DNA of 64,000 bases from Candidatus Latescibacterota bacterium (GCA_965208125.1 OZ242320.1:4288001-4352000), one strand, 5' to 3'. Counted from the stretch's first letter, positions 48,990 to 58,782 are shown. Program-made: numbers and translations. The notes: a model not told the origin generated them from the letters alone.

Positions 48990-49850
48990 TCAGAAAAACA
49001 CCGGCGCCCGGAACACATCCTCGAATTCACCGCGGTCCTTCGCCCGCTGATACTCCCACTCGTAGGGCGATTCCCTAAGCCTGCTGGGCCCGTTCCTTAC
49101 ATCGTGCCCGATGTCGCTTTGCCTGGGGTAATGGCTGTAGATCATGAGCCTCCGCGGACGACCGGAAACATTCGGCCTGGAGTTGTGGACCAGCACCGAA
49201 TGGAAGAGCATGACGGAGCCGGGCGGCGCCAACAGGTCGATTCCCCCATCGAAATCGATCAAATCCGGTAGCACTTCCCACCCCCTTTTGTTGGGCGGTC
49301 GGTGATGTTCCAGGTGCTGTTTGTGACTCCCCGGCCAGACGTGAAGCGGTCCGGACGATTCGTCGTATGGATCCATGGTCACGGCCGAAGAGATGATCTC
49401 TTGCGGGTAATCCTGCGCCAGATAATACGCCCAATCGTTGTGAACCGGAAACCGGTCTTCGCGATCGACCAATGGGATGCCCTCTATCGCTTCGGGCAGC
49501 GGTTCTTTGTAGTTCAGCTTCTCCTCCATGAGAATCGGCTCGTCACCCATGAGTTGACGCATGGGTCCGATGAGTCGTTCGTCGGCAGACACTCCGGCCA
49601 GGAACAGCGACAGGTCGTTAATGGGCTGGATCTTGCGCACCATCGGCCCGGTAGATGTCTGTAGAATATCGAGTCGCCCGCTTTTTCGCCCGTTGGCCAG
49701 GGAAGAGTTGATGATGAGCTCGAGTATCCGGTCCGCTTCATGTTGCATGCGAGCGACTTCCTCGGCGTTGAATGCCTGTGGGAGCACCAGGTAACCGTTC
49801 TCGCGAAAGTGCTCCAGGTCTTCGCCTGTGAGTTCTGTTTTTACCGCCAT
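48990..49850 (-). CDS. PhyH family dioxygenase
   Basis: FRENGYLV, EKLNYK, HNDWAYY (HxD), GPLHVWPGSH, GSVMLFHSVLVHNS.PN.S..PRR. Confidence 0.9.
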   Translation of the reverse strand: MAVKTELTGEDLEHFRENGYLVLPQAFNAEEVARMQHEADRILELIINSSLANGRKSGRLDILQTSTGPMVRKIQPINDLSLFLAGVSADERLIGPMRQLMGDEPILMEEKLNYKEPLPEAIEGIPLVDREDRFPVHNDWAYYLAQDYPQEIISSAVTMDPYDESSGPLHVWPGSHKQHLEHHRPPNKRGWEVLPDLIDFDGGIDLLAPPGSVMLFHSVLVHNSRPNVSGRPRRLMIYSHYPRQSDIGHDVRNGPSRLRESPYEWEYQRAKDRGEFEDVFRAPVFF

Positions 49851-49852
49851 TC

Positions 49853-49921
49853 CTTCCTCCTATTGAGGTGCTTGATGATGGCCATTTCAAGTTCCGGGGT
49901 GAATGATTTCTCAGGCTTCAT
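49853..49921 (-). pseudogene. 5' stub of another gene
   Basis: GAAGGAG RBS then MKPEKSFTPELEMAIIKHLNRRK, running into the AGGAGG RBS of the PhyH gene. Confidence 0.5.
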
Positions 49922-49946
49922 TCTCGCTCTCCTTCCAAAGCATCTT

Positions 49947-51371
49947 TTATCTCCGCAAACATGACGGATCTACTTCCACAGAATTTGCTGTGTGTTTGTC
50001 CAGTTGATCAGACAATTGGTGGACAACATCTGCATATTTTGGATCTCGTGCTATATTTGTGAATTCTTCTGGATCAGCGTACACATCTGCGAGGAAGATG
50101 TCTTCATCTTCAGGTTTCGGTTTTTCGCCATTGAGCAACACATTTTTATCAAGGCGATACTGGCTCGTGCGTATGCAGCTTCGCCGTGGCCAACCGCGAT
50201 CACCATACCAGTCGCCACGGCCACCGTTGGGGGCCATTTTGCTGAATGGCTGGCCATATCCGATTGTAGAGTAGATACAGTCGGGGGGTGGATCAGTGAA
50301 AAGATCGCGGCCTTTGAATTGCGAAGGTGTCTCGATGTTGGCAAAAGAAAAGAGTATTCGTGCAATGTCCAGACTGTCGCAGATGTCATCCCGCACTTGC
50401 TCTGCAGGTATGGTGCCTGGCCAGGAGATTAGAAGTGGCACGCGATGCACTGTGGGTGTGTAAGTCAGTTTTTCGAAGGCGCCTGTCTCGCCAAGTGGAT
50501 TGCCGTGGTCCGCACCAAATACGATGAGGGTTTGTTCCTGGCGACCAGTTTCCTCAAGAAAATCTAAGACCCGTCCGACTTGAGCGTCAATCCAGGCGAC
50601 CTGTGCGTAGTAGTGAAGGCGTCCTGCACGGAGTTTTTCGGGATCCATTCTGGCCACACCAAAAACTTCGGCAACGCGTTTTTCAAATGCAGAGAGAGTG
50701 TCAGGCAGCGGATCGGGCAGGCCGGGATCTTGATCGTCGAGAAGCTTTACATATTGTGCTGGCGGTAATACCGGTGTGTGTGGCTGAAGAAGGGAAATGC
50801 GCACGAGATAAGGGGAGGTTGCTGTTTGGAGCCAGTGTAAGGCATTTTCAACGACTGAGTCGGGAGGATAGGGTTCACCGTTTGGGAAAATACCGCCGTT
50901 CATGCCGCCGTAGGGCGAGCGGATCATCTGTACAGCGTCTTCGCCAAGATGTTCCCAGATTTTCATTTCGCCACCCGTTCCGTCGTGGTATTGGAAAATT
51001 TCATGCTCTGGATTAGCACCTGGACGTATTTCGGGGGCAACATGGATCTTTCCAAAATTGGCAGTTGAATAGCCGTTCTGTGAAAATACGTTAGGGAAAG
51101 TTTGCTGGATGCGGGGCAACCGGAAATTTGGCCAGGCACCTTCGTTGTTGTACACGCCTGTGTCTTCGGGATATAGACCAGTTAGCGTGCAATATCTGGA
51201 GGCAACACAAACAGGCGCATTGCAAAAGTTATTTGTGAATCGCACACCGCTGCTCGCCAAACGGTCGAGATTTGGCGTGCGCAACTGCAATCTGGGATGC
51301 CCATAGCAGTCCAGCGCATCGGTGCGCAGTTCGTCACAGTAAATCCAGATAATATCAGGTTCTTCAGGCAT
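49947..51371 (-). CDS. Sulfatase (CxAxR variant)
   Basis: PDIIWIYCDELR, RTPNLD, VCVASR, FGKIH, QPHTP, ADHG. Confidence 0.9.
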   Translation of the reverse strand: MPEEPDIIWIYCDELRTDALDCYGHPRLQLRTPNLDRLASSGVRFTNNFCNAPVCVASRYCTLTGLYPEDTGVYNNEGAWPNFRLPRIQQTFPNVFSQNGYSTANFGKIHVAPEIRPGANPEHEIFQYHDGTGGEMKIWEHLGEDAVQMIRSPYGGMNGGIFPNGEPYPPDSVVENALHWLQTATSPYLVRISLLQPHTPVLPPAQYVKLLDDQDPGLPDPLPDTLSAFEKRVAEVFGVARMDPEKLRAGRLHYYAQVAWIDAQVGRVLDFLEETGRQEQTLIVFGADHGNPLGETGAFEKLTYTPTVHRVPLLISWPGTIPAEQVRDDICDSLDIARILFSFANIETPSQFKGRDLFTDPPPDCIYSTIGYGQPFSKMAPNGGRGDWYGDRGWPRRSCIRTSQYRLDKNVLLNGEKPKPEDEDIFLADVYADPEEFTNIARDPKYADVVHQLSDQLDKHTANSVEVDPSCLRR

Positions 51372-51424
51372 AAAAAGTGTGGCCTTTGTTTTTTAGATGT
51401 CTTTTTCGGGGACAACTGCGCCGT

Positions 51425-51445
51425 GTAGCACGAACCTTTAGTTCG
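51425..51445 (+). repeat. GTAG-type REP-like palindrome (single copy)
   Basis: GTAG-CA-CGAAC-CTTTA-GTTCG, intergenic. Confidence 0.45.
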
Positions 51446-51494
51446 GAAAATATGTGGGATGCTTGATGGATTGGCAATCTCTTTATGTTATCGC

Positions 51495-53090
51495 CTATGC
51501 AATGTCTTCTGGGGCAATGAATACGCCTACGATGTGGCTTTTGTTAGGTTCGTCGCCATAATTGGTGTAATCGACCAGGATGATGCGGCCATCGGGTAAG
51601 GTGAGCCAGGATGAGTATCCGTGATCAGGACGGGGTTCTTGATCAGGATGGTTGGCATGGATTTGAACGAAGCGGTCGCGCTGATATTGATCGGGGTATT
51701 CACCGGAGGAGGCAGACCAGTTCCACGACCAGTCATCGAAGGTTCGATTTTGCGATGAAAAGTTGACGGATGTCCAGGTGCTACTGCCTGTGTCACTCCA
51801 TTGGCCAAACATGGTGCGCATATCGGGGCGGGATGAGGTATGGTCTGAGATGTGTGTTTCTCCGCGGAAGACGTTTCGGTAAATTATATCTTCACCATCA
51901 ACCTGTATGCGCAAGAGGCCGCCCTTGTGGCGATAAGCGACTTTTCGTGGTTGTGAAAAGTCGATTTTTTTATGCAAATCGGTGCGTTCGAGCCTACCGA
52001 GAGAAATGAAGTCGGAGCCGATGTAGAGGATATCGCCAATGCTGCCACAAGACATAAAGGCAATGGGTTCTCCCGGTGGGCCTTCGACTTGTACTTCAGC
52101 TTCGAAGTCGACGGTACTGAAGCGATCCTGTGGCGGGAGGAGGCTATAACGGCATTCGTGCTCGGGTTTGTGATGGATGGTGAGACCATTTTCATTGCGT
52201 GTTGCACTGTATTTTCTGCGGGGCCCACCGATGGCATATGTCCCCGCTTCTTTTTTGAGGTCGCCAATCCAGGCATAACAGCCAAGACCGCCGTTGACGT
52301 GGCGACCTGTGACCATGCAGCGGCCATCTTCGAGTTGTCTGACATACGGACGATGGAGGGCAAAAGGACATATCTGAGGGGCACTCCAGGTGCGCCCATT
52401 GTCCTGAGAGAAAGCTACAAAATTGGGCACACCTCCAGAGCGGTTTTCGCGCATGACACAGGCGATTTCTTTGCCGCCGTCGAGGATGACAATTGCGCCT
52501 TCGCAAAATCGGTTATAACCATCGTGGGCAACAGTGACCTCATTGCCCCAGGTTTTGCCACCGTCAGATGAAAAGGTTACGATTTCAGCAAATTCTTGAG
52601 CTTCGCGAAACATGATATGGCTACCGACGGCAAGACGTCCGTCGGGCAGTTCCATGATGCGATCGGGTTCAAAGCCTCTGATGTTGGGTTTGTAAGGCCC
52701 GTCCCAGGATTTGCCCTCATCTGTGCTCCACCAGAGCCAGTTGCCGGAGGGCTGGTCTTCGTGAAAATGGCTGAAGTCGTCGTGGTCGCAGATGACAACA
52801 ATGCGATCATCACTTAAGAGGCTGATGCGCGGTGTTACGAGACGCTCATCGCCTTTGCTGCGATCAGCAGTTGCGAATTCGCTCAGTTTGTCCCAGGTTT
52901 GACCATCGTTTTCGCTGTAGAGGATGGTGAGGATTTGGGTGGTTTCACCCCAGTGGGCTTCGGTATCGGAATAAACGAGCAGAAGGCGACCGGATTTGAG
53001 GCGAATGATGTCGGGATTTTTGGTAAAGCGGCCAGGACTGCGCCAGGCGTCAAAGACTTTGTCGTTGATAGAGCGTGGATGGATATACAT
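51495..53090 (-). CDS. BNR/Asp-box exo-sialidase-like protein with inserted beta-sandwich
   Basis: SENDGQTW, STDEGKSW, SSDGGKTW, SQDNGRTW, CEG, HRP, DHGYSSW. Confidence 0.85.
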   Translation of the reverse strand: MYIHPRSINDKVFDAWRSPGRFTKNPDIIRLKSGRLLLVYSDTEAHWGETTQILTILYSENDGQTWDKLSEFATADRSKGDERLVTPRISLLSDDRIVVICDHDDFSHFHEDQPSGNWLWWSTDEGKSWDGPYKPNIRGFEPDRIMELPDGRLAVGSHIMFREAQEFAEIVTFSSDGGKTWGNEVTVAHDGYNRFCEGAIVILDGGKEIACVMRENRSGGVPNFVAFSQDNGRTWSAPQICPFALHRPYVRQLEDGRCMVTGRHVNGGLGCYAWIGDLKKEAGTYAIGGPRRKYSATRNENGLTIHHKPEHECRYSLLPPQDRFSTVDFEAEVQVEGPPGEPIAFMSCGSIGDILYIGSDFISLGRLERTDLHKKIDFSQPRKVAYRHKGGLLRIQVDGEDIIYRNVFRGETHISDHTSSRPDMRTMFGQWSDTGSSTWTSVNFSSQNRTFDDWSWNWSASSGEYPDQYQRDRFVQIHANHPDQEPRPDHGYSSWLTLPDGRIILVDYTNYGDEPNKSHIVGVFIAPEDIA

Positions 53091-53101
53091 CGAATTCCTT
53101 T

Positions 53102-53164
53102 CTAAAATCTGCCGATACGTGTTGATCTTGGATCGTGAATAATGTTTGGTTGATCAGTAGACAT
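53102..53164 (-). pseudogene. 5' stub of a sulfatase gene
   Basis: AGGAG RBS then MSTDQPNII (typical sulfatase start), followed by unrelated residues and a stop. Confidence 0.65.
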
Positions 53165-53180
53165 AGAAAACTCCTATTCT

Positions 53181-54980
53181 CTATTGTTGTTGAAAATAGG
53201 AATCGTAAAGGATTTGGCAGGCTTCACCTCGGGTTAAATGTGTGAGTGTATTGGTGTCGAGTTTTTCGCCACACAACTGGACAAAACCATCGATCCAACG
53301 ATGCGCTGTGTGCTGGTCGAGTTTATCCTGCGGTCTGGCATCGTATGTATCGAAGAATCCCTTTGTACCTGCCCATTGTATAGCGGCGTTGTGTACATAG
53401 TCGTCGTTAAGGTCAATATCATTGAGAAATGTGAGCATGGAATTTTGTTCGGCCAGGGTTTGTTGAAGCTGATCAATATCAATGTCGGCCGGTGTCTGTT
53501 TGTTTTTGATGGCCTGGACGGCCGCATAACCAGCAGACTCGGCAATTTGCATCCAGGTGGGCTCCAGACGAATCGCGCTTTGGCCGAGGTGGCTGGAAGA
53601 AAGGCAGACTGGGACGAGGAAATTGTCTAATTCATTGGCGAGCAGGCTTCGATAAGGGATCTGACCAGGGACGGTTTGCTTGTGGAGCATGACTTTGCCT
53701 TCATCGCGGCTGTCTTTGACGCGTTCGGGATGGCAGGCGTGAACGTCCGTGTACCATTCACAAATAGCAATAGTATCTGAGTGAATGGGTGCTCTGTCTA
53801 TGCCTTCGGCCAGGCGAACATCGTGCTCTGTGAGCATATAACGCCCTTCGAGACGACGGGCTTCGCGCACATAGATCTCCCAGGGCATGTGATTGTTGTC
53901 GGGAAATTCGTCTTTGGCCAGCCCCCACTGAGCAAAGGCTTCGCGCATGTTTTCGGGCGCATCGGGATCGTTTTGAAAGAAATACAAAATGCCAATAACG
54001 ATGTTCCAGAAGTCTTTCAAGATGCGCTGACGGGTTGGCCAGTCGCCGTGGACATAGTCGGTCGCACCTTCAATAAGTTGTGGTCGGTTCCAGTCGCTTT
54101 TGTTGTTGGGAAATTGTCCGCCATCTTGCCCGCGATCAGGTCTGTTGACTTCGAGGGATTGGAGTAGGGTTTTGATGCGTGTGGGATCGTAGTCTTCTGG
54201 TGGCTCTGGTTTGACCTGATTGTTGGGATCGCTGCTGAGGGCTGTGCGGAAGTTCATGGCTTGCACAACACCATCGCCTTCGCCCGTGCTATCGGGCATG
54301 ATGGTTTCCATCGCACCACCAAATTGCCTCAGGTTTAGCGATGCAACAATGTCGGCCATGTGTTGTTCTGACTCGGGAAGCTCCTTTGCAAATCGCATAA
54401 AGATGCGACCAGCGTGAGGTTCGTTAAATTCGTCTTTGGATTCACGTCCGACTCTGAAAGCGACATTGGCTAAGGGTAGAAGATCGCCTTCGTAAGAAGT
54501 ATCGACAAAGATATCTCCGGTAGCTCGGAAGCTTGCATCGCGATTCATTTCTGTGAATGTGATAGCTGTAATTAAGCGATCAGCTTGTTCGATATCGGTA
54601 GGGTAATGGCTTTTGATCAGGGTAATGTTTGATTCTGCCTGTATCATTTCTTCCGACAATTGTTCGAAGACACGCGCTTCGTATTTGCCATTGGAGTGGC
54701 CCGTTTCACCGGGCAGGCAGGCTGCGTATTGCGGTGAATCTTTTCCATAGGTATTGCGGTAATGATCGAAGATCGCCTGACGCATCTCATTGTAGATGGG
54801 CGATCGCCAGCCTTCGTAAAGTGTATCCCAGAGTCCCATCCCATTGGCTGGCAGTCCACCGATGTGGGGTGTATGATTGACGAGCAAGACGGTCAATCCT
54901 TCACGCGCAGCTCGAATTGCACAGGCAAGACCTGCGGGATTGCCGCCGTAGATGACGAGGTTGTAGTGAGTACCTTCCAT
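53181..54980 (-). CDS. FAD-dependent oxidoreductase (FAD_oxidored family)
   Basis: VIYGGNPAGLACAIRAAREG, DTSYEGDL, VGRE..EFNEPHAG, YVREARR, QIPYRSL, IRLEPTWM. Confidence 0.9.
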   Translation of the reverse strand: MEGTHYNLVIYGGNPAGLACAIRAAREGLTVLLVNHTPHIGGLPANGMGLWDTLYEGWRSPIYNEMRQAIFDHYRNTYGKDSPQYAACLPGETGHSNGKYEARVFEQLSEEMIQAESNITLIKSHYPTDIEQADRLITAITFTEMNRDASFRATGDIFVDTSYEGDLLPLANVAFRVGRESKDEFNEPHAGRIFMRFAKELPESEQHMADIVASLNLRQFGGAMETIMPDSTGEGDGVVQAMNFRTALSSDPNNQVKPEPPEDYDPTRIKTLLQSLEVNRPDRGQDGGQFPNNKSDWNRPQLIEGATDYVHGDWPTRQRILKDFWNIVIGILYFFQNDPDAPENMREAFAQWGLAKDEFPDNNHMPWEIYVREARRLEGRYMLTEHDVRLAEGIDRAPIHSDTIAICEWYTDVHACHPERVKDSRDEGKVMLHKQTVPGQIPYRSLLANELDNFLVPVCLSSSHLGQSAIRLEPTWMQIAESAGYAAVQAIKNKQTPADIDIDQLQQTLAEQNSMLTFLNDIDLNDDYVHNAAIQWAGTKGFFDTYDARPQDKLDQHTAHRWIDGFVQLCGEKLDTNTLTHLTRGEACQILYDSYFQQQ

Positions 54981-55035
54981 ACCGTTTCTGTTATGCGTGG
55001 AGTGGAAATTTCGCAGGATGTTCAACCTTTAACAT

Positions 55036-55059
55036 TCCGACTGCAAGCCATGGTTATGC
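55036..55059 (-). other. attC-like left half-site
   Basis: Minus strand GCATAAC-CATGG-CTTGCAGTCGGA about 23 nt after the stop at 55083; canonical R''-5bp-L'' layout, right arm missing. Confidence 0.55.
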
Positions 55060-55082
55060 TACTGTAATTTTAAAGAGTTCCA

Positions 55083-56066
55083 TCACGGCTTCCAGGCGAA
55101 TCGACCATATCGAGGCGTTTTTGGAGGCACGATCGGTAACTCCTCCCACCCGGACCTGGTTTCAACCATGATTTTCAGGCCACCCTTTTTAGGATCTGGA
55201 AAAGCCCGAGTCACAAATCCATCGGGAGACCATGTGGGATCATCACCACGCCCTGCTTTTCGCTTATTATTCCCATCACTATCGACAACCCATACATTCC
55301 AGGTTTCACCGATCAGCCTGTCTCTTTCGCGATCTTGTCTCCCTGTGAATTTGCTCATATGGATCATCTCCACACCTTCCCAATGGGCGATCCACTTGCC
55401 ATCCGGTGACCATGCAGGGACTTTTTGTTCGATGGGAAGCTTGAGGGTCCCGTCATGTTCAGCAGACGTTGGTGAAATTGGTTTGGCATCACTGCCATCG
55501 AGATTGCTCAACCAAACCCTATAGTTGCCGCTTCGATTTGAAACAAAGGCCACCTTTGTTCCTTTCGGCGAGATAACGGCCATCGAATTGCTGAACTTAA
55601 TTTGCTGAGGATCGCTGAACAATCGCCTTGATTCTCTGGTCTCCGTGTTCATGATGTGCAACTGGCTGTTTTCAGCGGGGTGTTTTCCTGGTTTGAATAT
55701 CATCCATACGATGTGTTTAGAATCAGGAAACCAGGAAGGTATCAAATTTCTCCCCGATTCTGTGAGTACTTTCTGGTTTCTGCCATCAAAGTTGGAGATC
55801 CAAAGAGCCATTCCTTTTCCACTCTGTTGCACAAATACAATTTTACTGCCGTCAGGAGACACGGCAGGCATCATACATTCATGATTGGAATTTGTAATTT
55901 TGCGCCTGGATGAACCGTCCTCCTTGATGTGATAGAGTTGTAGTATGTTATTTTCATCAGGGCAACTGACAATAATCTCACGCATTTGAGACTCTCCAGC
56001 AAACAAACCATCTGACGCGCAAGCAATCGTAAAAATAGCCAGAATCAATATTAAGAATGATTTCAT
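55083..56066 (-). CDS. TolB-like (PD40) beta-propeller protein, exported
   Basis: Signal/lipobox-like MKSFLILILAIFTIAC; repeats PAVSPDG, PSWFPD, SPKG..VAFVSNRSG, PAWSPDG, PTWSPDG. Confidence 0.85.
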   Translation of the reverse strand: MKSFLILILAIFTIACASDGLFAGESQMREIIVSCPDENNILQLYHIKEDGSSRRKITNSNHECMMPAVSPDGSKIVFVQQSGKGMALWISNFDGRNQKVLTESGRNLIPSWFPDSKHIVWMIFKPGKHPAENSQLHIMNTETRESRRLFSDPQQIKFSNSMAVISPKGTKVAFVSNRSGNYRVWLSNLDGSDAKPISPTSAEHDGTLKLPIEQKVPAWSPDGKWIAHWEGVEMIHMSKFTGRQDRERDRLIGETWNVWVVDSDGNNKRKAGRGDDPTWSPDGFVTRAFPDPKKGGLKIMVETRSGWEELPIVPPKTPRYGRFAWKP

Positions 56067-56085
56067 CTTCGGTCTCGTGAGACCT

Positions 56086-56490
56086 TCACAAGCTCGTGGT
56101 TTTCAGTCGCTCAATTATCTTCCTATCCGCCTCGAATGCCATATCTGTTGGCGGCTCCTCAAGAGAGAATAGCTGGACTTCAGCGGCATCGTCCCCTGCG
56201 ACCAGATTACCGCCCTTTTCTTTAATGAGAAACCATACTCCTACCACACTCCGCTCAGGTGAGTGATGTGTTGAGAGCACATCTACAATATCACCGACTT
56301 CTACATCCAGACCAGTCTCTTCCTTAATCTCGCGCCTCACGGCAGTTCGGACATCCTCACCAACCTCAACATTCCCGCAAGGGATACACCACTTCCCTTT
56401 GTGTGTCCCGTATTTGCGGCGAACCATTACAATTTGGTTGCCTCTGAGAATCACCCCGGCAACGCCTGCTTTTACGTAATGTGATGGCAT
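56086..56490 (-). CDS. NUDIX hydrolase
   Basis: WCIPCGNVEVGEDVRTAVRREIKEETGL, AGDDA, MAF. Confidence 0.92.
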   Translation of the reverse strand: MPSHYVKAGVAGVILRGNQIVMVRRKYGTHKGKWCIPCGNVEVGEDVRTAVRREIKEETGLDVEVGDIVDVLSTHHSPERSVVGVWFLIKEKGGNLVAGDDAAEVQLFSLEEPPTDMAFEADRKIIERLKTTSL

Positions 56491-56602
56491 CGTTAAACGG
56501 TCCGTCGTATTGTGAAAACCTCAAGAGAAAGTCTAATGTCCATGTGGCCCACCATTTCAAGGAAGAGGGGGTCGGGTTGCTCAGAAAAATTTGAGGTGTG
56601 GC

Positions 56603-57010
56603 TCAGTCGCACGCTTGTTGCTCAAAGTTCCTCACGATCATTCCACGAGCTTTCTCGAATCCAAGTCTCTCGTAGAATCTCTGGACCTTCTGGTCACAGA
56701 TCAGGTCAATCATGTAGAGATCTTTGAGCTTTCGAACCATGCGTCTGACCAGTTCAGATCCGATGCCTTTCCCTTGCCATTCTGGCAGCACCTCAAGATG
56801 TGGGATATAGGCGCACGAAACACCGTCCGATATGGCGCTGATGAAGCCAATCACCTTCCCCTCAGAAGAGACTGCAAGAACCACGTAGTCGCTTCCCTTT
56901 AAGATTCTTAGATGCGCCTCGGGGGAGGGAGGGTTAGGCCATCCGACAAAGAACCCCTTTAGATTGTCTGATCCAATTCCGTCGGTAGTGTCCTGATATG
57001 TAATCTGCAT
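56603..57010 (-). CDS. GNAT N-acetyltransferase
   Basis: GFFVGWPNPPSP, ISDG, LEVLPEWQGKGIG, FYERLG. Confidence 0.9.
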   Translation of the reverse strand: MQITYQDTTDGIGSDNLKGFFVGWPNPPSPEAHLRILKGSDYVVLAVSSEGKVIGFISAISDGVSCAYIPHLEVLPEWQGKGIGSELVRRMVRKLKDLYMIDLICDQKVQRFYERLGFEKARGMIVRNFEQQACD

Positions 57011-57057
57011 TGTTAGCAGCACCTCGATGGGGCCAACTCGCCAACGCGATCGCACCA

Positions 57058-58185
57058 TCACACCATCGTCTCCAAATACACCTTCAACGCTGCAGCCAGA
57101 TCGCGTCCAAATACACGCGCCAGTTCTGGACTCGTATCCAGATCGCCCACATTGGCATAGGGAAACTCAATTGCCGTTGCCAATTGAACACCCGGCAATT
57201 CACCCGCCCATCGACCAAAGCTCTTGCCAGCTGCATAATTCTCTGCCGTATTCCACTCCACGCCAAAGGGCAAATTATCCGCTGCAAAAAAGGGCAAGCC
57301 TCCCGTTCGTTCCGCTTCCAAAATATGCGAAAACCGCATCTGTTCCTGCCAGGGGACTTCTGACTCTGACCCCACCAGATAAATCGTCTCATTGCGATTC
57401 ATACGAATCCACGGACAGTGCAGATCAATCGCTACCTTCAGTTTGCCAGCGCTCCAATCCGGCACCCTTTCTCGAATCACAGCCGTTTCAATATGCACAC
57501 TCTCCCCGACATAATCCCGGTTGTGATCCCTCGGCTTCCGATTCTTCCCCTGATCGCCATCCTCCACACCGTCTTTATCCACAAACGGAATCACCAGACA
57601 TTCAACTCGTCTCTGAAACCAACGCCCCAAATCACCCTTACCAAGTATCGCCGCCATCATGCCTTCCAGCACATACGATTGCATCATCTCACAGCAGTGG
57701 TGTCGCGCCGCAATCAACACGCGCAGATCCGCCCCACCGTCCAGTCGCCCCACATACAACATCTCAACATCACGTCCTTTGCGCGTCTCGCACAACGTCT
57801 CAGCCACCAGATAATCAGAATCCACATACGACGCCAAAAACCGGTCCAGATCGGCCTGCACATACGGCATCCCAAAACTGAACCGCACATCATCCGCGTC
57901 ATTCGCAAACGCATACACAAACGACTGTCCATCCACCGCATCATTACCCAACCAGCGCCACGTCACCCCACAGTCTTCACTCATCCCAGGACCACGCGTG
58001 CCAATCACATTGCTGCCGGTAAAGTGAAACCGCACGGTTCGGCCTGCTGCGCCACGCACCCGAAAATACCAGTAGAACCAGTCGCGATCCGTATCGCGCA
58101 GATCCTGCCGAACCAACACATCATCACCGTCAATTCGTTCAGCGATGATATTCCCACCCGGAAAATCACAATCTATCATAATCAT
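57058..58185 (-). CDS. M14 zinc carboxypeptidase family protein
   Basis: DFPGGN, WFYW.F, RHHCCE (HxxE), GKNR.PRDHNR, IDLH, IEFPYA. Confidence 0.85.
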   Translation of the reverse strand: MIMIDCDFPGGNIIAERIDGDDVLVRQDLRDTDRDWFYWYFRVRGAAGRTVRFHFTGSNVIGTRGPGMSEDCGVTWRWLGNDAVDGQSFVYAFANDADDVRFSFGMPYVQADLDRFLASYVDSDYLVAETLCETRKGRDVEMLYVGRLDGGADLRVLIAARHHCCEMMQSYVLEGMMAAILGKGDLGRWFQRRVECLVIPFVDKDGVEDGDQGKNRKPRDHNRDYVGESVHIETAVIRERVPDWSAGKLKVAIDLHCPWIRMNRNETIYLVGSESEVPWQEQMRFSHILEAERTGGLPFFAADNLPFGVEWNTAENYAAGKSFGRWAGELPGVQLATAIEFPYANVGDLDTSPELARVFGRDLAAALKVYLETMV

Positions 58186-58217
58186 TGAACACGCTTCTTT
58201 ATGATGTCGATTTGCAT
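58182..58217 (-). pseudogene. 5' stub / mini-ORF coupled to the M14 gene
   Basis: GGAGGA RBS then MQIDIIKKRVQ*, whose TGA overlaps the M14 ATG (ATGA). Confidence 0.4.
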
Positions 58218-58248
58218 TTACTCCTCCACTATCCATTGGAGCGGTAAT

Positions 58249-58764
58249 CTAGATAGACAATGGGCGACGGAGCCGGATTTGGCGTCCGTTGTCTCGAACA
58301 CCGCCATCACGTTTCCACCCCATCGCCTCGTAGAAAGCGATCCCGCGTTCATAACCCTTAACAGTCCAAACTATCGCTTCATTATAACCGTCGGCAACGA
58401 GATGACGAAACGCGAGCGAGGCCAACGCCTTGCCGATGCCGATGCGCCAATACGAGGGGTCAATGGCGATGGTATCGAGTTCCCCTAATGTGGCGTCAAC
58501 GGGATCGCGGCTGGGACCGATGCCGACAAAACCGACAACCTTACCCGTATGCTCTGCGACCCACCACCGGTGCGGGGCAGACTTGGCAAGATCGCCGCGC
58601 CAACGCTCAACGAGTTCTGATGTGACGATGCGATTGGACTGCTCGATGAGTTCGCCGAATCCTGCATTCCACGAATCGATATATATGCGTGTGACGACTT
58701 CGGCGTCCACCGCAGCGGCCGATCGGATCGTTGGCCAAGGTTTTTGTGGATGTGCGTATTCCAA
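58249..58764 (-). CDS. GNAT N-acetyltransferase
   Basis: IRSA...D, VVGFVGIGPSRD, ELDTIAIDPSYWRIGIG, AFYEAMGW. Confidence 0.9.
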   Translation of the reverse strand: MEYAHPQKPWPTIRSAAAVDAEVVTRIYIDSWNAGFGELIEQSNRIVTSELVERWRGDLAKSAPHRWWVAEHTGKVVGFVGIGPSRDPVDATLGELDTIAIDPSYWRIGIGKALASLAFRHLVADGYNEAIVWTVKGYERGIAFYEAMGWKRDGGVRDNGRQIRLRRPLSI

Positions 58765-58782
58765 CTCGCCTATTCCTATGTC

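Noticed and set aside
56071-56084. Palindrome GGTCTC-GT-GAGACC
   Set aside because: Short, single copy, no U-tract; no function can be assigned.
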